Assembly: GCA_036510575.1 (NCBI GenBank)
Contig: DATCDR010000115.1
Span: 1 to 61,486 of the forward strand
Direction: 5' to 3'
DNA from: Acidimicrobiales bacterium
GTDB lineage: Bacteria > Actinomycetota > Acidimicrobiia > Acidimicrobiales > Bog-793
Length of the DNA: 61,486 bases
Made by a program: the position numbers and the translations under genes. Every line of letters starts with the position of its first letter. Position 1 is the first letter of the stretch. Below, one piece after another: positions 50,488 through 60,259 of this stretch. Under the pieces are notes generated by a model, which saw only the letters and a program-made list of their open reading frames with translations, searched no databases and was not told the DNA's origin.

Positions 50488-51483
50488 GTGACCTCGCCGG
50501 ACCTCTTCACCCTGCCAGCTTCAGAGGCCGAACTGGCCACGCTCGAAGAGCAGCTCCGAATCGCCGTCGTTCGCGGCGATCCGTTCCTCGACGACGTGGT
50601 GACGCACCTGATCATCGCCGGCGGAAAACGTATCCGCCCAGCGCTCGCCCTGGCATCGGCCTCGCTTGGGGGCTCACCGGCGAGTACCGACACGATCCAG
50701 GGCGGAATAGCCGTCGAACTCGTCCACCTCGCCTCGCTCTACCACGACGACGTCATGGACGAAGCGCTCATCCGCCGACAGGTCCCGAGTGTGAACGCAA
50801 GATGGGGCAACCTCGTCGCGATCGTCGCTGGCGACTTCCTCCTTGCTCGTTCTGCAGAGATCGCTGCGTCCCTCGGCGCCGAGATCGGCGGCTTGTTAGC
50901 GGCGACGCTGGCTCGGCTCTGCCAGGGCCAGATCGCCGAGACTCGCTCCTCGTTCCAGATCGGCCGCACCGAGGACGACTACCTGCGTTCGATCTCGGAC
51001 AAGACCTCGTCGCTCATGGCCACCGCCTGCAGGATCGGATCGATGACGGCACACCTGCCGAGCGAGGAGATCGAGGCGCTGACCGCGTTCGGGGAGTGCT
51101 TCGGCGTCGTCTTCCAGATCAGAGACGACGTGCGCGACGTGCTCGCAAGCGAACAAGAGCTCGGCAAAATCCCAGGCCAGGACCTCGCCGAGGGGATCTA
51201 TACCTTGCCGGTGCTGCGGGCACTCGGCGATCCGGGTGTCGCTCAGGAACTGCGCGGCCTGCTCGGCCGACCGCTGTCTCCAGCAGAGGTCGAGGTGGCC
51301 CGCGGGCTGATCATGGCCTCGAACGGGATATCTGCCTCAGTCTCTGTGGCGCGCCAATATGCAGAGGATGCGGCGACAGCCGTTCAACTGCTGGGCGACG
51401 GTCCGGTCGTGAAGTCGCTCACCGCGCTCTCATTCGGCCTTCTCGAAGATCTCGAGCGATCAGCTAGCTCACTCGCCCACTGA
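50488..51483 (+). CDS. Polyprenyl diphosphate synthase (trans-isoprenyl diphosphate synthase family)
   Basis: First Asp-rich motif LYHDDVMDEA, second FQIRDDVRD, GKR.RP. GTG start. The 3' end overlaps the convergent lysS by 15 nt. Confidence 0.88.
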   Translation: MTSPDLFTLPASEAELATLEEQLRIAVVRGDPFLDDVVTHLIIAGGKRIRPALALASASLGGSPASTDTIQGGIAVELVHLASLYHDDVMDEALIRRQVPSVNARWGNLVAIVAGDFLLARSAEIAASLGAEIGGLLAATLARLCQGQIAETRSSFQIGRTEDDYLRSISDKTSSLMATACRIGSMTAHLPSEEIEALTAFGECFGVVFQIRDDVRDVLASEQELGKIPGQDLAEGIYTLPVLRALGDPGVAQELRGLLGRPLSPAEVEVARGLIMASNGISASVSVARQYAEDAATAVQLLGDGPVVKSLTALSFGLLEDLERSASSLAH

Positions 51484-52962
51484 GTCGCCTGCGGCGTCTG
51501 GATCATCCTCGGAAAGGTCCGCGATCGAGCGGTCGGTGCGAAGCGCCGGGAAGAGGATCACCTCACGGATGTTCGACTCCCCGGCGAGGAGCATCACGAG
51601 CCGGTCGATTCCCACACCGATGCCACCAGTCGGCGGCATCCCGTGCTCGAGGGCCCGAAGGAAGTCCTCGTCGAGTGACATCGCCTCCTGATCCCCTGCA
51701 ACCTTTTGCAGCGCCTGAGTGACGAATCGCTCACGCTGATCGTCGGGGTCGACGAGTTCGGAGTAGACCTCACCGATCTCCTGCCCGGCGATGACCGGAG
51801 TCAGGCGCTCGACGAGACCATCCCTCGTGCGGTGCTTACGAGAAAGCGGCGAAACCTCTGCTGGATAGTCCATCACGTGGACAGGCCCGACGAGCATGTG
51901 CTCCACCTTGGCCTCGTAGATCTCGGCGAGAACGCGCCCAGCACCCCAGGTCGGCTCTGACTCGACGCCAAGCGTCGAGGCGATAGCCGCGAGCTCGTCG
52001 CGATCCATCTCTATCGTGCAGTGCGCGCCGGTTACCTCTTCGATGAGTTCCTCCATCGTGGCGCGACGCCACGGCGGCGCGAGGTCGATCTCGCCGAACT
52101 CGGTAGTCACCACGGTGGAGCCGAGCAGCTCAGCAGCGGTCGAAGCCACCAGGTTCTCGACGAGGCCGGCGAGTTCGGCGTAGTCGGCGTATGCCTGGTA
52201 CGCCTCGAGCAAGGTGAACTCCGGGTTGTGTTTCGGCGAGAGCCCTTCATTTCGGAAGTTCTTGCCGATCTCATAGACGCGCTCGAACCCACCGACGACG
52301 AGGCGCTTCAAGTAGAGCTCGGTCGCGATCCGTAGGTAGTAGTCGGCATGCATCGACTGGTAGTGCGTGACGAAAGGTCGCGCATTCGCGCCGCCAGCGA
52401 GCGGCTGCAGGACCGGAGTCTCGACCTCGACGAAGCCTTTCTCGTCGAGCTGACGCCGGATGGAGCGAATGACGGCTGAGCGGAAGAGAAACGTCGCGCG
52501 GACGCCGTCATTCGCCCATAGGTCAACCTCGCGCTGGCGATGCCGGACCTCGACGTCGTTGACCCCGCGCCACTTGTCGCCAAAGCTGCGCCGCGCCTCG
52601 GCTAGCAGCGACCAGCTGCCGACCTGGACGGAGAGCTCACCGCGCCGGGTGCGGACGATCTCGCCTTCGACGCCGATCCAGTCACCAAGGTTCAGCCGCA
52701 CGAACTCACTGAAGCGCTCCGTCACCTGCTCGGTCGCGAAAAGCTGGATCGCCCCACTCCAGTCACGGAGCTCTGAGAATGCGACCTTGCCATTTGGCCG
52801 GTTTCGCATCACTCGGCCCGCTACGCGAACTGTTACGCCGGTTCCCTCGCCGGCTGGGAGATCGTCATAGCCGCGAGCGACGCTGCCGGCGCCGATCGTG
52901 CCGGGGAACGAGTAGGGGATCTCAGCTTGTCGCGACCCCGGCTGTGGCATCCCCTGCGTCAA
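51469..52962 (-). CDS. lysS: Lysine--tRNA ligase (class II)
   Basis: OB-fold N-terminal domain (GRVMRNR..GK.AF..L.D..G.IQL), FVEVETP.L, NPEFT.LE.Y.AY.DY, GGIGVGIDRLVMLL. Confidence 0.95.
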   Translation of the reverse strand: MTQGMPQPGSRQAEIPYSFPGTIGAGSVARGYDDLPAGEGTGVTVRVAGRVMRNRPNGKVAFSELRDWSGAIQLFATEQVTERFSEFVRLNLGDWIGVEGEIVRTRRGELSVQVGSWSLLAEARRSFGDKWRGVNDVEVRHRQREVDLWANDGVRATFLFRSAVIRSIRRQLDEKGFVEVETPVLQPLAGGANARPFVTHYQSMHADYYLRIATELYLKRLVVGGFERVYEIGKNFRNEGLSPKHNPEFTLLEAYQAYADYAELAGLVENLVASTAAELLGSTVVTTEFGEIDLAPPWRRATMEELIEEVTGAHCTIEMDRDELAAIASTLGVESEPTWGAGRVLAEIYEAKVEHMLVGPVHVMDYPAEVSPLSRKHRTRDGLVERLTPVIAGQEIGEVYSELVDPDDQRERFVTQALQKVAGDQEAMSLDEDFLRALEHGMPPTGGIGVGIDRLVMLLAGESNIREVILFPALRTDRSIADLSEDDPDAAGDSVGE

Positions 52963-53819
52963 AGCGCCGCACCGCCATCGACATTTCGGAGGTAGATCAG
53001 GCGCAGCCCATGCAGTGTCAACCAGGGCTCGACGTGGGCTACCACCTCGGCGTGCGGGCTGATGAGCGAGGAGAGCCCACCGGTTGCGACGATCGTTGCG
53101 GCTCCGAGCTCGGCTTCGATGCGCCGACAGAGTCCGTCGACGAGTGCCGCGTAGCCGTAGATCGCGCCGGACTGCATCGCCTCGACCGTCGTCCGCCCAA
53201 CTGCATGGCGTGGCTCACGGAGCTCGACTCGACGAAGCGCCTCCGCGCGGTCAAAGAGCGCGTCCATCGAGATCTCGATGCCCGGCACGATCGCTCCACC
53301 TAGATACTCCCCTGCGGCGGAGATCGCATCGAAGGTGGTCGCGGTGCCGAGGTCGACGACAATCGTCGGTGGCGGGTAGAGATCAAGCGCCGCGACGGCG
53401 TTCGAGATGCGATCAGCGCCGACCTCGCGGGGGTTGTCGTAGAGGATCGGCATGCCGATCTTGATTCCGGGCTCGACGACGACGCACGGCGCGTCGAAGT
53501 AGCGCGCCGCCATCTCTCGAAGCGCCGCGGTCTGTGTTGGCACCGACGACGAGATCGCCAGACCGTCGATCACCGGGAGCGATGAATCGCCATGCGGCTT
53601 GCGACCGAACATCGGCATCTCGAGGTCGGCGAGCGCGGTGAGCCCACGCACCACAAGCGCCAGCTCGTCAGGAGTCCGGTCGCGAAGCGTCGCAATCCTC
53701 CAGTGGTGCAACAGACCTGGGATCTCACCGTCGATGCGCGCTCCAGCCACGTCGAAGCGCAACTCGTCGAAGACCCCGACGACCGTTTGGGTGTTGCCGA
53801 CATCGAGTGCGAGCAGCAT
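52959..53819 (-). CDS. coaX: Type III pantothenate kinase
   Basis: MLLALDVGNTQTVVGVF..., VGADRI.NAVAA, VVDLGTATTFD, TGGL. Confidence 0.92.
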   Translation of the reverse strand: MLLALDVGNTQTVVGVFDELRFDVAGARIDGEIPGLLHHWRIATLRDRTPDELALVVRGLTALADLEMPMFGRKPHGDSSLPVIDGLAISSSVPTQTAALREMAARYFDAPCVVVEPGIKIGMPILYDNPREVGADRISNAVAALDLYPPPTIVVDLGTATTFDAISAAGEYLGGAIVPGIEISMDALFDRAEALRRVELREPRHAVGRTTVEAMQSGAIYGYAALVDGLCRRIEAELGAATIVATGGLSSLISPHAEVVAHVEPWLTLHGLRLIYLRNVDGGAAL

Positions 53820-53879
53820 GACCTAGTTGTTTAGCTGATAGCGGTGTCTGCCGACCACGCTCTTGGTCGATGCCGACCC

Positions 53880-54755
53880 CTACGCCAGGTCAAGCCCGAT
53901 ATCTAGGATCGGAGCAGAGTGCGTCAGCGCGCCGACCGAGATCAGATCAGCTCCTGCGGCGGCGTAGGCGGCGATGTTCTCGAGCGTCACGCCCCCAGAT
54001 GCCTCGATCAAGCTGCGAGCTGCGGCCGCGGGCGGCTCGCTTGCGATCTGGACGGCCTCTTGGACCTCCTCGGGTGTCATGTTGTCACAGAGCACGAGCG
54101 TCGCACCCGCCGTCACTGCCTCGCCCACCAGGGCGAGGGAGTCGCACTCGACCTCGACCATCCTGCCTGGCCAACGCAATCGCGCCCGGCCTACCGCGTC
54201 GGCGATTGAGATCCCGCCCAGGTGGTTGTCCTTGATCAAGATCGCTTCGGAGAGGTTGCCGCGGTGGTTCCAACCGCCGCCAGCGCGGACTGCAGCCTTC
54301 TCGAGCGACCGCAGTCCCGGCGTCGTCTTCCTCGTATCCCAGACGCGAGCGGCGCTCCCGCCCACCTTCGCCGATTGCACGAAGCGTTCGGTGAGCGTGG
54401 CTACTCCGGAGAGGTGCGACAAGAAGTTGAGCGCCGTCCGCTCCGCGGAAAGGATCGACGCGAACGGCCCCCGAACCGTCGCGATCACCCCGCCCGCAGG
54501 TACGTGATCGCCATCATCGAGCACGATCGAACAGGCGAGCTCGGAATCGACCTGACGACAGACCTCGAGAACGGTCCGCGTCCCTGCCACGACTCCAGGC
54601 CGACGTGCGACGAAGTGTGCTTCGGCGAGCTTTGCGGGATCGAGGAGCATCGAGGTGAGATCCCCAAGGGGGAGCAGGTCCTCTTCCAACGCAAGGGTCA
54701 CGATCGGCCGGATCGCCTGAATCGGCGGGTGAACGTCGTCTCGTTCGGGCATCAC
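53880..54755 (-). CDS. nadC: Nicotinate-nucleotide diphosphorylase (carboxylating), i.e. quinolinate phosphoribosyltransferase
   Basis: ALEEDL..GD.TS, ERTALNFL.HLSG.AT, TRKTTPGLR.LEK.AV..GGG..HR..L.....IKDNH, EASGG....N. Confidence 0.92.
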   Translation of the reverse strand: MMPERDDVHPPIQAIRPIVTLALEEDLLPLGDLTSMLLDPAKLAEAHFVARRPGVVAGTRTVLEVCRQVDSELACSIVLDDGDHVPAGGVIATVRGPFASILSAERTALNFLSHLSGVATLTERFVQSAKVGGSAARVWDTRKTTPGLRSLEKAAVRAGGGWNHRGNLSEAILIKDNHLGGISIADAVGRARLRWPGRMVEVECDSLALVGEAVTAGATLVLCDNMTPEEVQEAVQIASEPPAAAARSLIEASGGVTLENIAAYAAAGADLISVGALTHSAPILDIGLDLA

Positions 54756-54830
54756 GCTACGTCCCTTCGATAACTGCCAGCTGCCCTCATCGCGAGCGAG
54801 CCAAATCTAGGAGACGCATCACGATCCACG

Positions 54831-55691
54831 TCAACTGGAGGTGTCAGAGAGCCGCGCGGCAACGTTGTCGATGAGGCGCACCTCCCCGAACGAGGCTGCG
54901 ACCAGCACCCTGAGATCGCGTGATTCGGCGCCTGGCGGCTCGAGCGAGTTGGCGTCGCGCACCTCGGCATAACGCACCACACAAAGCGGCTCTTTCGCGA
55001 GCGATCGATGCATCACCTCACTCGCCAGCTCCACCGAGCCCCCTGCCTCGAGTAGGTCCCGAGCAGCGATCAGCGCCCGGTAGAGCACCGGAGCCGCACC
55101 TCGTTGTGCGGGGGAGAGCCGAAGATTGCGACTCGAAAGCGCAAGGCCGTCCTGCTCGCGCACCGTCGCGCAGCCGACGACTTCGACCGCGAAGGAGAGA
55201 TCGATCGCAAGCCGCCGCACCAGCATGAGCTGCTCGTAGTCCTTCTCGCCGAAGTAGGCGCGAGTCGCACCGAACATCGCGAAGAGTTTGGTGACCACCG
55301 TCGCCACGCCGCTGAAGTGACCTGGCCTGCTCGAACCCTCGAGCCCGTTTCCGAGCACTCCTGGATCGACGCGGATTATGGCCTCGCGGCCCGGATACAT
55401 CTCGGTCGGCTCCGGAGCGAACACCAGGTCGGCGCCTGCGTCGCCGGCGAGCTCGAGATCGGCCTCTATCGATCTCGGATAGCGCTCGAAGTCGGTTGGA
55501 TCGTTGAACTGAGAGGGATTGACGAAGATCGACACCGCCACCACGTCATCAAGCGCCCGTGAACGCTCGATCAGCGAGCGATGCCCGGCATGGAGGGCTC
55601 CCATCGTCGGCACGAGGCCGAGCGATCTGCCGGCGCCCCGCTGGGCCCGAAGCGCCGCCCCGAGGTCGTGCGTCGTCGTGATCAGGCGCAT
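54831..55691 (-). CDS. panC: Pantoate--beta-alanine ligase
   Basis: LVPTMGALHAGHRSLI, SIFVNP.QF, YPR....D, RPGHF.GVATVV.KLF, FGEKDYQQL-like FGEKDYEQL. Confidence 0.95.
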   Translation of the reverse strand: MRLITTTHDLGAALRAQRGAGRSLGLVPTMGALHAGHRSLIERSRALDDVVAVSIFVNPSQFNDPTDFERYPRSIEADLELAGDAGADLVFAPEPTEMYPGREAIIRVDPGVLGNGLEGSSRPGHFSGVATVVTKLFAMFGATRAYFGEKDYEQLMLVRRLAIDLSFAVEVVGCATVREQDGLALSSRNLRLSPAQRGAAPVLYRALIAARDLLEAGGSVELASEVMHRSLAKEPLCVVRYAEVRDANSLEPPGAESRDLRVLVAASFGEVRLIDNVAARLSDTSS

Positions 55692-56198
55692 CTAGGTTTC
55701 GAGACTCTCCGGAGTTGGCGCGAGTAGCGCCCCGACTCGCTGCACCTCGCCTGCAACGGCCGCCGCTCCACCGAGTGCTGAGATCCATCTAGTCGGCGCG
55801 AGCTCAGGTGCGACCTCGGCAAGTGGCGCAAGCACGAAGGCGCGCTCATACATGCGCGGGTGCGGCAGCGTCAAGGTGGGATCGTCACTCACCTCATCGC
55901 CGTAGAGCAGCACGTCGACGTCGAGTGTGCGCGGTCCGAACCGCACCGCTCTGACACGATTCGCGCCAGCTTCGAGTTCATGGGCGAGATGGAGTAGCTC
56001 GACGGCACTGCGATCGGTCTCGAGGACGACCACGCAGTTCAGATAGGGGCCCTGCTCAGCTGGGCCGCCAACCGGCGCGGTCTCATAGACCGAGGAAACG
56101 AGTGCTGCCGAATCGAGCTCGCGCAGTTTCGCCACCGCGTCGGCAAGAAGTGACCAGCGATCCCCGAGATTGGAACCGAGTCCGAGCGCGGCCCGCAC
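55692..56198 (-). CDS. folK: 2-amino-4-hydroxy-6-hydroxymethyldihydropteridine diphosphokinase
   Basis: ALGLGSNLGDR..., S.VYET.PVG...Q..YLN.VV, RWGPRTLDLD-like RFGPRTLDVDVL, LP.PR...RAFVL.PL. Confidence 0.92.
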   Translation of the reverse strand: MRAALGLGSNLGDRWSLLADAVAKLRELDSAALVSSVYETAPVGGPAEQGPYLNCVVVLETDRSAVELLHLAHELEAGANRVRAVRFGPRTLDVDVLLYGDEVSDDPTLTLPHPRMYERAFVLAPLAEVAPELAPTRWISALGGAAAVAGEVQRVGALLAPTPESLET

Positions 56199-56591
56199 TC
56201 AGCCCCGCGCCCCGGACGTCGTCGCCACCGCACCCCTCGAGAGCCTCCTCACCAGGCCGATCGAGGTGACATCTTCTGGAACGGGCGGTCGGAGCTTGTG
56301 TATCCGGACTTCGACAAAGGAGATGCGTTCGTCCTCGAGCACCGCGCGCGCAACCGCATCGCTTAGCGCCTCGAGCAACGCGAATCGCTGTTCAGCCACC
56401 ACTCGGGCGGCGCGACCCGTCACGGCGCCGTAATCGACTGCATCGACGAGCTCGTCAGATCTCGCGGCCTCGTCCATCTCGTAGGCAAAAACGATGTCGA
56501 GTTCGAAGGGTTGCGCGCGATCCTGCTCACCCACAAGAGCACCATGGTGGCCAAGCACGCGCAAGCCGCGGATCTCGACCTCGTTTGTCAC
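56199..56591 (-). CDS. folB: Dihydroneopterin aldolase
   Basis: I.GLRV.GHHG....E...Q.F..D......D...A..SD.L.D.VDY, then LLE.L..... V.V...KL.PP. Directly abuts folK. Confidence 0.88.
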   Translation of the reverse strand: MTNEVEIRGLRVLGHHGALVGEQDRAQPFELDIVFAYEMDEAARSDELVDAVDYGAVTGRAARVVAEQRFALLEALSDAVARAVLEDERISFVEVRIHKLRPPVPEDVTSIGLVRRLSRGAVATTSGARG

Positions 56592-57283
56592 TTCGTAGTC
56601 TTCGCCGATTTGTTCGGCGAGTTCTCGACAAGAGTCAGCTTGGCAGCCTTCTTGGCGGTCGACCTCGTCGCCGCGGCTGCCTTCGGGCGAGGCGTTCTCT
56701 CAGCGGCGGCAGCTGGAGCCGGCTCGGGACCAGAAACGGCTGTGGCAGGTGGTCTGGGGGGTTGTGACAGCGAGCTCGCCGGAGGTGGTGTGAGCTCTGG
56801 CGTCACTGCGACGATCGACCGCCCTGCCGAGCCCATCTGGCGCTTCATCAACTGTTCAACAGCCACGATCGCGTTCGGTAGTTCGGGGATCACCTTGCAC
56901 CAGCAAAGGAAGCCGGCGATCACCCCACTCACCCGCTCGCTCAGCTCATCTTGGTGCATCAAGATGCGATCGCCTGCTTGCAGCCACGCCAGCAGCGCGG
57001 GGTAGAGCGCGTCGAGAACGTCTTTCGGGTCACCGCCCCCAGGTAGGGAAAAGTGCGCCGACGGAAGCCCTCGCTCGTCGTAGGCGTGGAGATTGTGCGG
57101 CGACGGGAGCAGCGACACCACGCGGGTGAAGCCCTGGCTCTTTAGCCAGATGATCTCCTCTTGTCGTCGCACCTTGCGGTGCTGTGACGTTTGACCACCT
57201 GGTCGCTCACTTACCGCCAGGTGATCCTGGATGATCCAGACGAAGTTGCGTGGAACTATGCCCGCTGCCCAACGACCCCTCAT
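56588..57283 (-). CDS. Dual-specificity-phosphatase-fold protein lacking the catalytic Cys, with a Pro/Ala/Lys-rich basic C-terminal tail
   Basis: The DSP-like core has ILMHQDELSERVSGVIAGFL where HCxxGxxRS is expected (Cys replaced by Gln, Arg retained). The last ~75 aa are PPPASSL..PRPPATAV..PAPAAAAERTPRPKAAAATRSTAKKAAK...KSAKTTK. Confidence 0.5.
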   Translation of the reverse strand: MRGRWAAGIVPRNFVWIIQDHLAVSERPGGQTSQHRKVRRQEEIIWLKSQGFTRVVSLLPSPHNLHAYDERGLPSAHFSLPGGGDPKDVLDALYPALLAWLQAGDRILMHQDELSERVSGVIAGFLCWCKVIPELPNAIVAVEQLMKRQMGSAGRSIVAVTPELTPPPASSLSQPPRPPATAVSGPEPAPAAAAERTPRPKAAAATRSTAKKAAKLTLVENSPNKSAKTTK

Positions 57284-57284
57284 G

Positions 57285-58103
57285 TCACCTCACCGATCCC
57301 AATCGAGTCTCGTCAATGCCCGCTGCCGACGAATCGCCGAGAAGGGCGGCTGCCATCGCAGTCGCGCCGACGTCGTGGACCCGCACCATCGCCGCGCCAT
57401 TAGCCATCGACCACACTGCGGTCGCGAGCGAGCCTTCGAATCGCTCCTCCGGCCCGAGGGATGGAGCGCCTCGCTCCTTCGAGAGCGTCGCGAGAAACGA
57501 CTTCCTGCTCGTCCCAACCATCACCGGCACACCATGGTCGACCAGGCTCAGGAGCGCCCTCAGTAGGGCGACGTTGTCACCGAGCCGCTTTCCGAAGCCG
57601 ATGCCGGGATCCACGTACACCTCTTCGACACCGAGCGCGAATGCCTGGTCGGCGGCGTCACCGAGGTACGACGTCACCTCTTCGACCACATCGTCATAGT
57701 GCGGCGCATGCTGCATCGTCTGCGGGGTCCCCAACATGTGCATCAGCACGATGCCTACCCCGAGCTCCGCTGCGAGGAACGAGAGCGAGGAGGCCACGTC
57801 GTTTATCAGGGTTGCTCCCTCGACGACCGCAGCACGTGCCACTTCGGGCTTCGTCGTGTCGACCGAGACCCGGACCGCACCCGCGAGCGCCGCCACGACC
57901 GGCAGGATTCGGCGACACTCCTCGTCTGCTGGGACGCCTTCGGCACCTGGGCGGGAGGACTCTCCCCCGATATCGATGATGTCGGCGCCCTCGGCGACCA
58001 TCTCCATACCTCGTTTGATCGCGAGATCGTGGTCGAGGTAGCGACCACCGTCATAGAACGAATCAGGCGTGACGTTCAACACGCCCATGATCTTGCAAGT
58101 CAC
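57285..58103 (-). CDS. folP: Dihydropteroate synthase
   Basis: IMGVLNVTPDSFYDGG, DIGGESSRPGA, SVDT, INDV, DPGIGFGK. Confidence 0.95.
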   Translation of the reverse strand: MTCKIMGVLNVTPDSFYDGGRYLDHDLAIKRGMEMVAEGADIIDIGGESSRPGAEGVPADEECRRILPVVAALAGAVRVSVDTTKPEVARAAVVEGATLINDVASSLSFLAAELGVGIVLMHMLGTPQTMQHAPHYDDVVEEVTSYLGDAADQAFALGVEEVYVDPGIGFGKRLGDNVALLRALLSLVDHGVPVMVGTSRKSFLATLSKERGAPSLGPEERFEGSLATAVWSMANGAAMVRVHDVGATAMAAALLGDSSAAGIDETRLGSVR

Positions 58104-58163
58104 GCTGTCAGCCTACGACGTAGTCTTCGGCCGTGACCCTGCTTATAGCCACTTTTCAGGGAA

Positions 58164-58757
58164 TTATCGATTCGCGTGTATGAATGCCATCGCTTCGCTG
58201 CGAGCAGCCACGTCGGTTCGGAACAGGCCGCGGACCGCCGAGGTGACCGTCGAGGTCCCTGGCTTTTTAACCCCGCGCATCGCCATGCAGAGGTGCTCGG
58301 CCTCGAGCACGACGAGCGTTCCCCGCGGGTGGAGCGCGGCATCGAGGGAGTCGACGAGCTCAGTCGTTAGGCGCTCTTGGACTTGTAGCCGGTGCGCGAA
58401 ACCGTCGACAAGTCGAGCGAGCTTGGAGAGCCCGGTCACCGTCCCGTCGGTGCTCGGGATGTACGCGAGGTGCGCTTTCCCGATGAAGGGCACGAGATGG
58501 TGCTCGCAAAGCGACGAGAACGGGATGTCTCGAACCATCACCATTTCGTCGTGTTCGACCGCGAATCGGATTTCGAGGTGATCGCTCGGGTCGGCGTGCA
58601 TACCCGAAAGCAGCTCGGCGTACATCGCCGCGACGCGCTTTGGCGTATCGAGAAGACCGGGACGGTCGGGGTCCTCGCCGACGGCGAGCAAAAGCTCTCG
58701 AACCGCCGCCTCGGCACGCGCGAGGTCGACTTCTGTGCCAACAGGTTCGCTCACCAT
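58164..58757 (-). CDS. folE: GTP cyclohydrolase I
   Basis: [55 protein letters not shown]. Confidence 0.95.
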   Translation of the reverse strand: MVSEPVGTEVDLARAEAAVRELLLAVGEDPDRPGLLDTPKRVAAMYAELLSGMHADPSDHLEIRFAVEHDEMVMVRDIPFSSLCEHHLVPFIGKAHLAYIPSTDGTVTGLSKLARLVDGFAHRLQVQERLTTELVDSLDAALHPRGTLVVLEAEHLCMAMRGVKKPGTSTVTSAVRGLFRTDVAARSEAMAFIHANR

Positions 58758-58759
58758 GC

Positions 58760-59323
58760 TCAGCTCACGTCGATGACGCAGATGTCTGGAAGGTTGCGGT
58801 ACAACTCAGCGGCGTCTAAGCCGTAACCGACGACGAACTCAGGATCAATCTCGAATCCGACGTAGGCGACGTTCACGTGGGCCCGTTGCTGGCCTGTCTT
58901 TAGCAATAGTGCGCAGATCTCGAAGCTGGCCGGTCCTCTGGCCATCAGGCCGCGCTGCAGGTACGACAACGTGAGTCCGGAGTCGACGATGTCCTCGACG
59001 AGGATCACGTGGCGGTCGGTGAGGTCCGCGTCGAGGTCCTTCACGATCCGCACGACGCCTGAGGTCTTCGTTGCAGTGCCGTACGACGAGACAGCCATGA
59101 AGTCGAGGTCGACGCGGAGGTCAATTGCTCGCGAGAGATCAGCCATGAAGACGAAGGCGCCCTTCAGCACACCGATCAGAAGTGGCTGCTTTCCGGCATA
59201 GTCCCTCGTGATCTCCTCACCGAGCTCAGCGACACGCGCCGCGATCTGCTCCGCTGTGACGAGGACCCTCTCGATACCGAATCGACTCGAGTCCACGATG
59301 CTCGTCCCCTCCGAGGTAGCCAC
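58760..59323 (-). CDS. hpt: Hypoxanthine phosphoribosyltransferase
   Basis: [17 protein letters not shown]......[13 protein letters not shown] motif [21 protein letters not shown]...[11 protein letters not shown] 59323 is chosen; the ORF-track extension to 59488 overlaps tilS. Confidence 0.9.
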   Translation of the reverse strand: MATSEGTSIVDSSRFGIERVLVTAEQIAARVAELGEEITRDYAGKQPLLIGVLKGAFVFMADLSRAIDLRVDLDFMAVSSYGTATKTSGVVRIVKDLDADLTDRHVILVEDIVDSGLTLSYLQRGLMARGPASFEICALLLKTGQQRAHVNVAYVGFEIDPEFVVGYGLDAAELYRNLPDICVIDVS

Positions 59324-59354
59324 CGGACGACAATAGCGCCCGGTGCCTTTGCCC

Positions 59355-60248
59355 CTACAGGGAACGCGGAAGCGGCGGATCGGCGAAAAGGTGGCCCTTC
59401 GAGCGCCGTATCCTCGTGCCGCCGACCACCTCTGCTGCGGCGTGCTCGCCAGCGACGACGTCGAAGATGCGTTCGAGCGCGGCGGCATCGGGTGGCTGGC
59501 CGTCGGGCGTCATTGTTCGCAGCCATCCCCGCAGTGCTCTTCGCGCCACCGCGATCGGGGCACCAGCTAGTTCAGGGACCGAGGTCGGGTCCACCGTCGA
59601 GGCGAGGTCGGTGAGCAACCCTGCATCGTCAGCGAGCAACGTCGCCTGGCGACAAAGCAGTGCAACTACGTCCCTGCCGGCGATCTCGGTGGCGAGTGGG
59701 AGCAGCTCGTGGCGAACGCGGTTCCGACGAAATCTCGGGTCGTCGTTCGTAGAGTCGCGGACAACTTCAAGGTGGAGCGAGTCGACGAGCGCTTCGGTCT
59801 CAAAGCGCCGGATAGCGAGTATCGGGTGCTGTGGGCCTGGCCGCATACCTGCCAACCCGTCCAACCCAGCGCCTCGAAGCAGGTTCAAAAGTATGGTCTC
59901 AGCCTGGTCATCGGCGGTATGGCCAGTCGCGACGCCAGCAGGCAGGACTGCCGCACGTGCCTTGCGGGCGCGAGCCTCGAGGTTCGGCCCAGGAGGACAC
60001 TCCACCTTGAGCGAGACGAAACTCGCTCCGACAGCCAATACGGCATCGGCCACGACTGTCGCCTCGTCACTCGAGCCAGGCCGAAGACCGTGGTCGACGT
60101 GATACGCCGTCACCTCACAGCCCGCAGTGACCGCAAGAACGAGCAGTGCGAGTGAGTCAGGACCTCCCGACACCGCGCAGTCGAGGGAGGCGCCCCTCGG
60201 TGGGAACGTAGTTCGGGCGATCAGGTGCGTGGCGTAAGAAGAGATCAC
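59355..60248 (-). CDS. tilS: tRNA(Ile)-lysidine synthetase
   Basis: PP-loop LDCAVSGGPDSLALLVLA, AYHVDHGLRPGS, HTADDQAETILLNLLRG.G..GL.GM. Confidence 0.9.
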   Translation of the reverse strand: MISSYATHLIARTTFPPRGASLDCAVSGGPDSLALLVLAVTAGCEVTAYHVDHGLRPGSSDEATVVADAVLAVGASFVSLKVECPPGPNLEARARKARAAVLPAGVATGHTADDQAETILLNLLRGAGLDGLAGMRPGPQHPILAIRRFETEALVDSLHLEVVRDSTNDDPRFRRNRVRHELLPLATEIAGRDVVALLCRQATLLADDAGLLTDLASTVDPTSVPELAGAPIAVARRALRGWLRTMTPDGQPPDAAALERIFDVVAGEHAAAEVVGGTRIRRSKGHLFADPPLPRSL

Positions 60249-60259
60249 GACCCGTGCGC

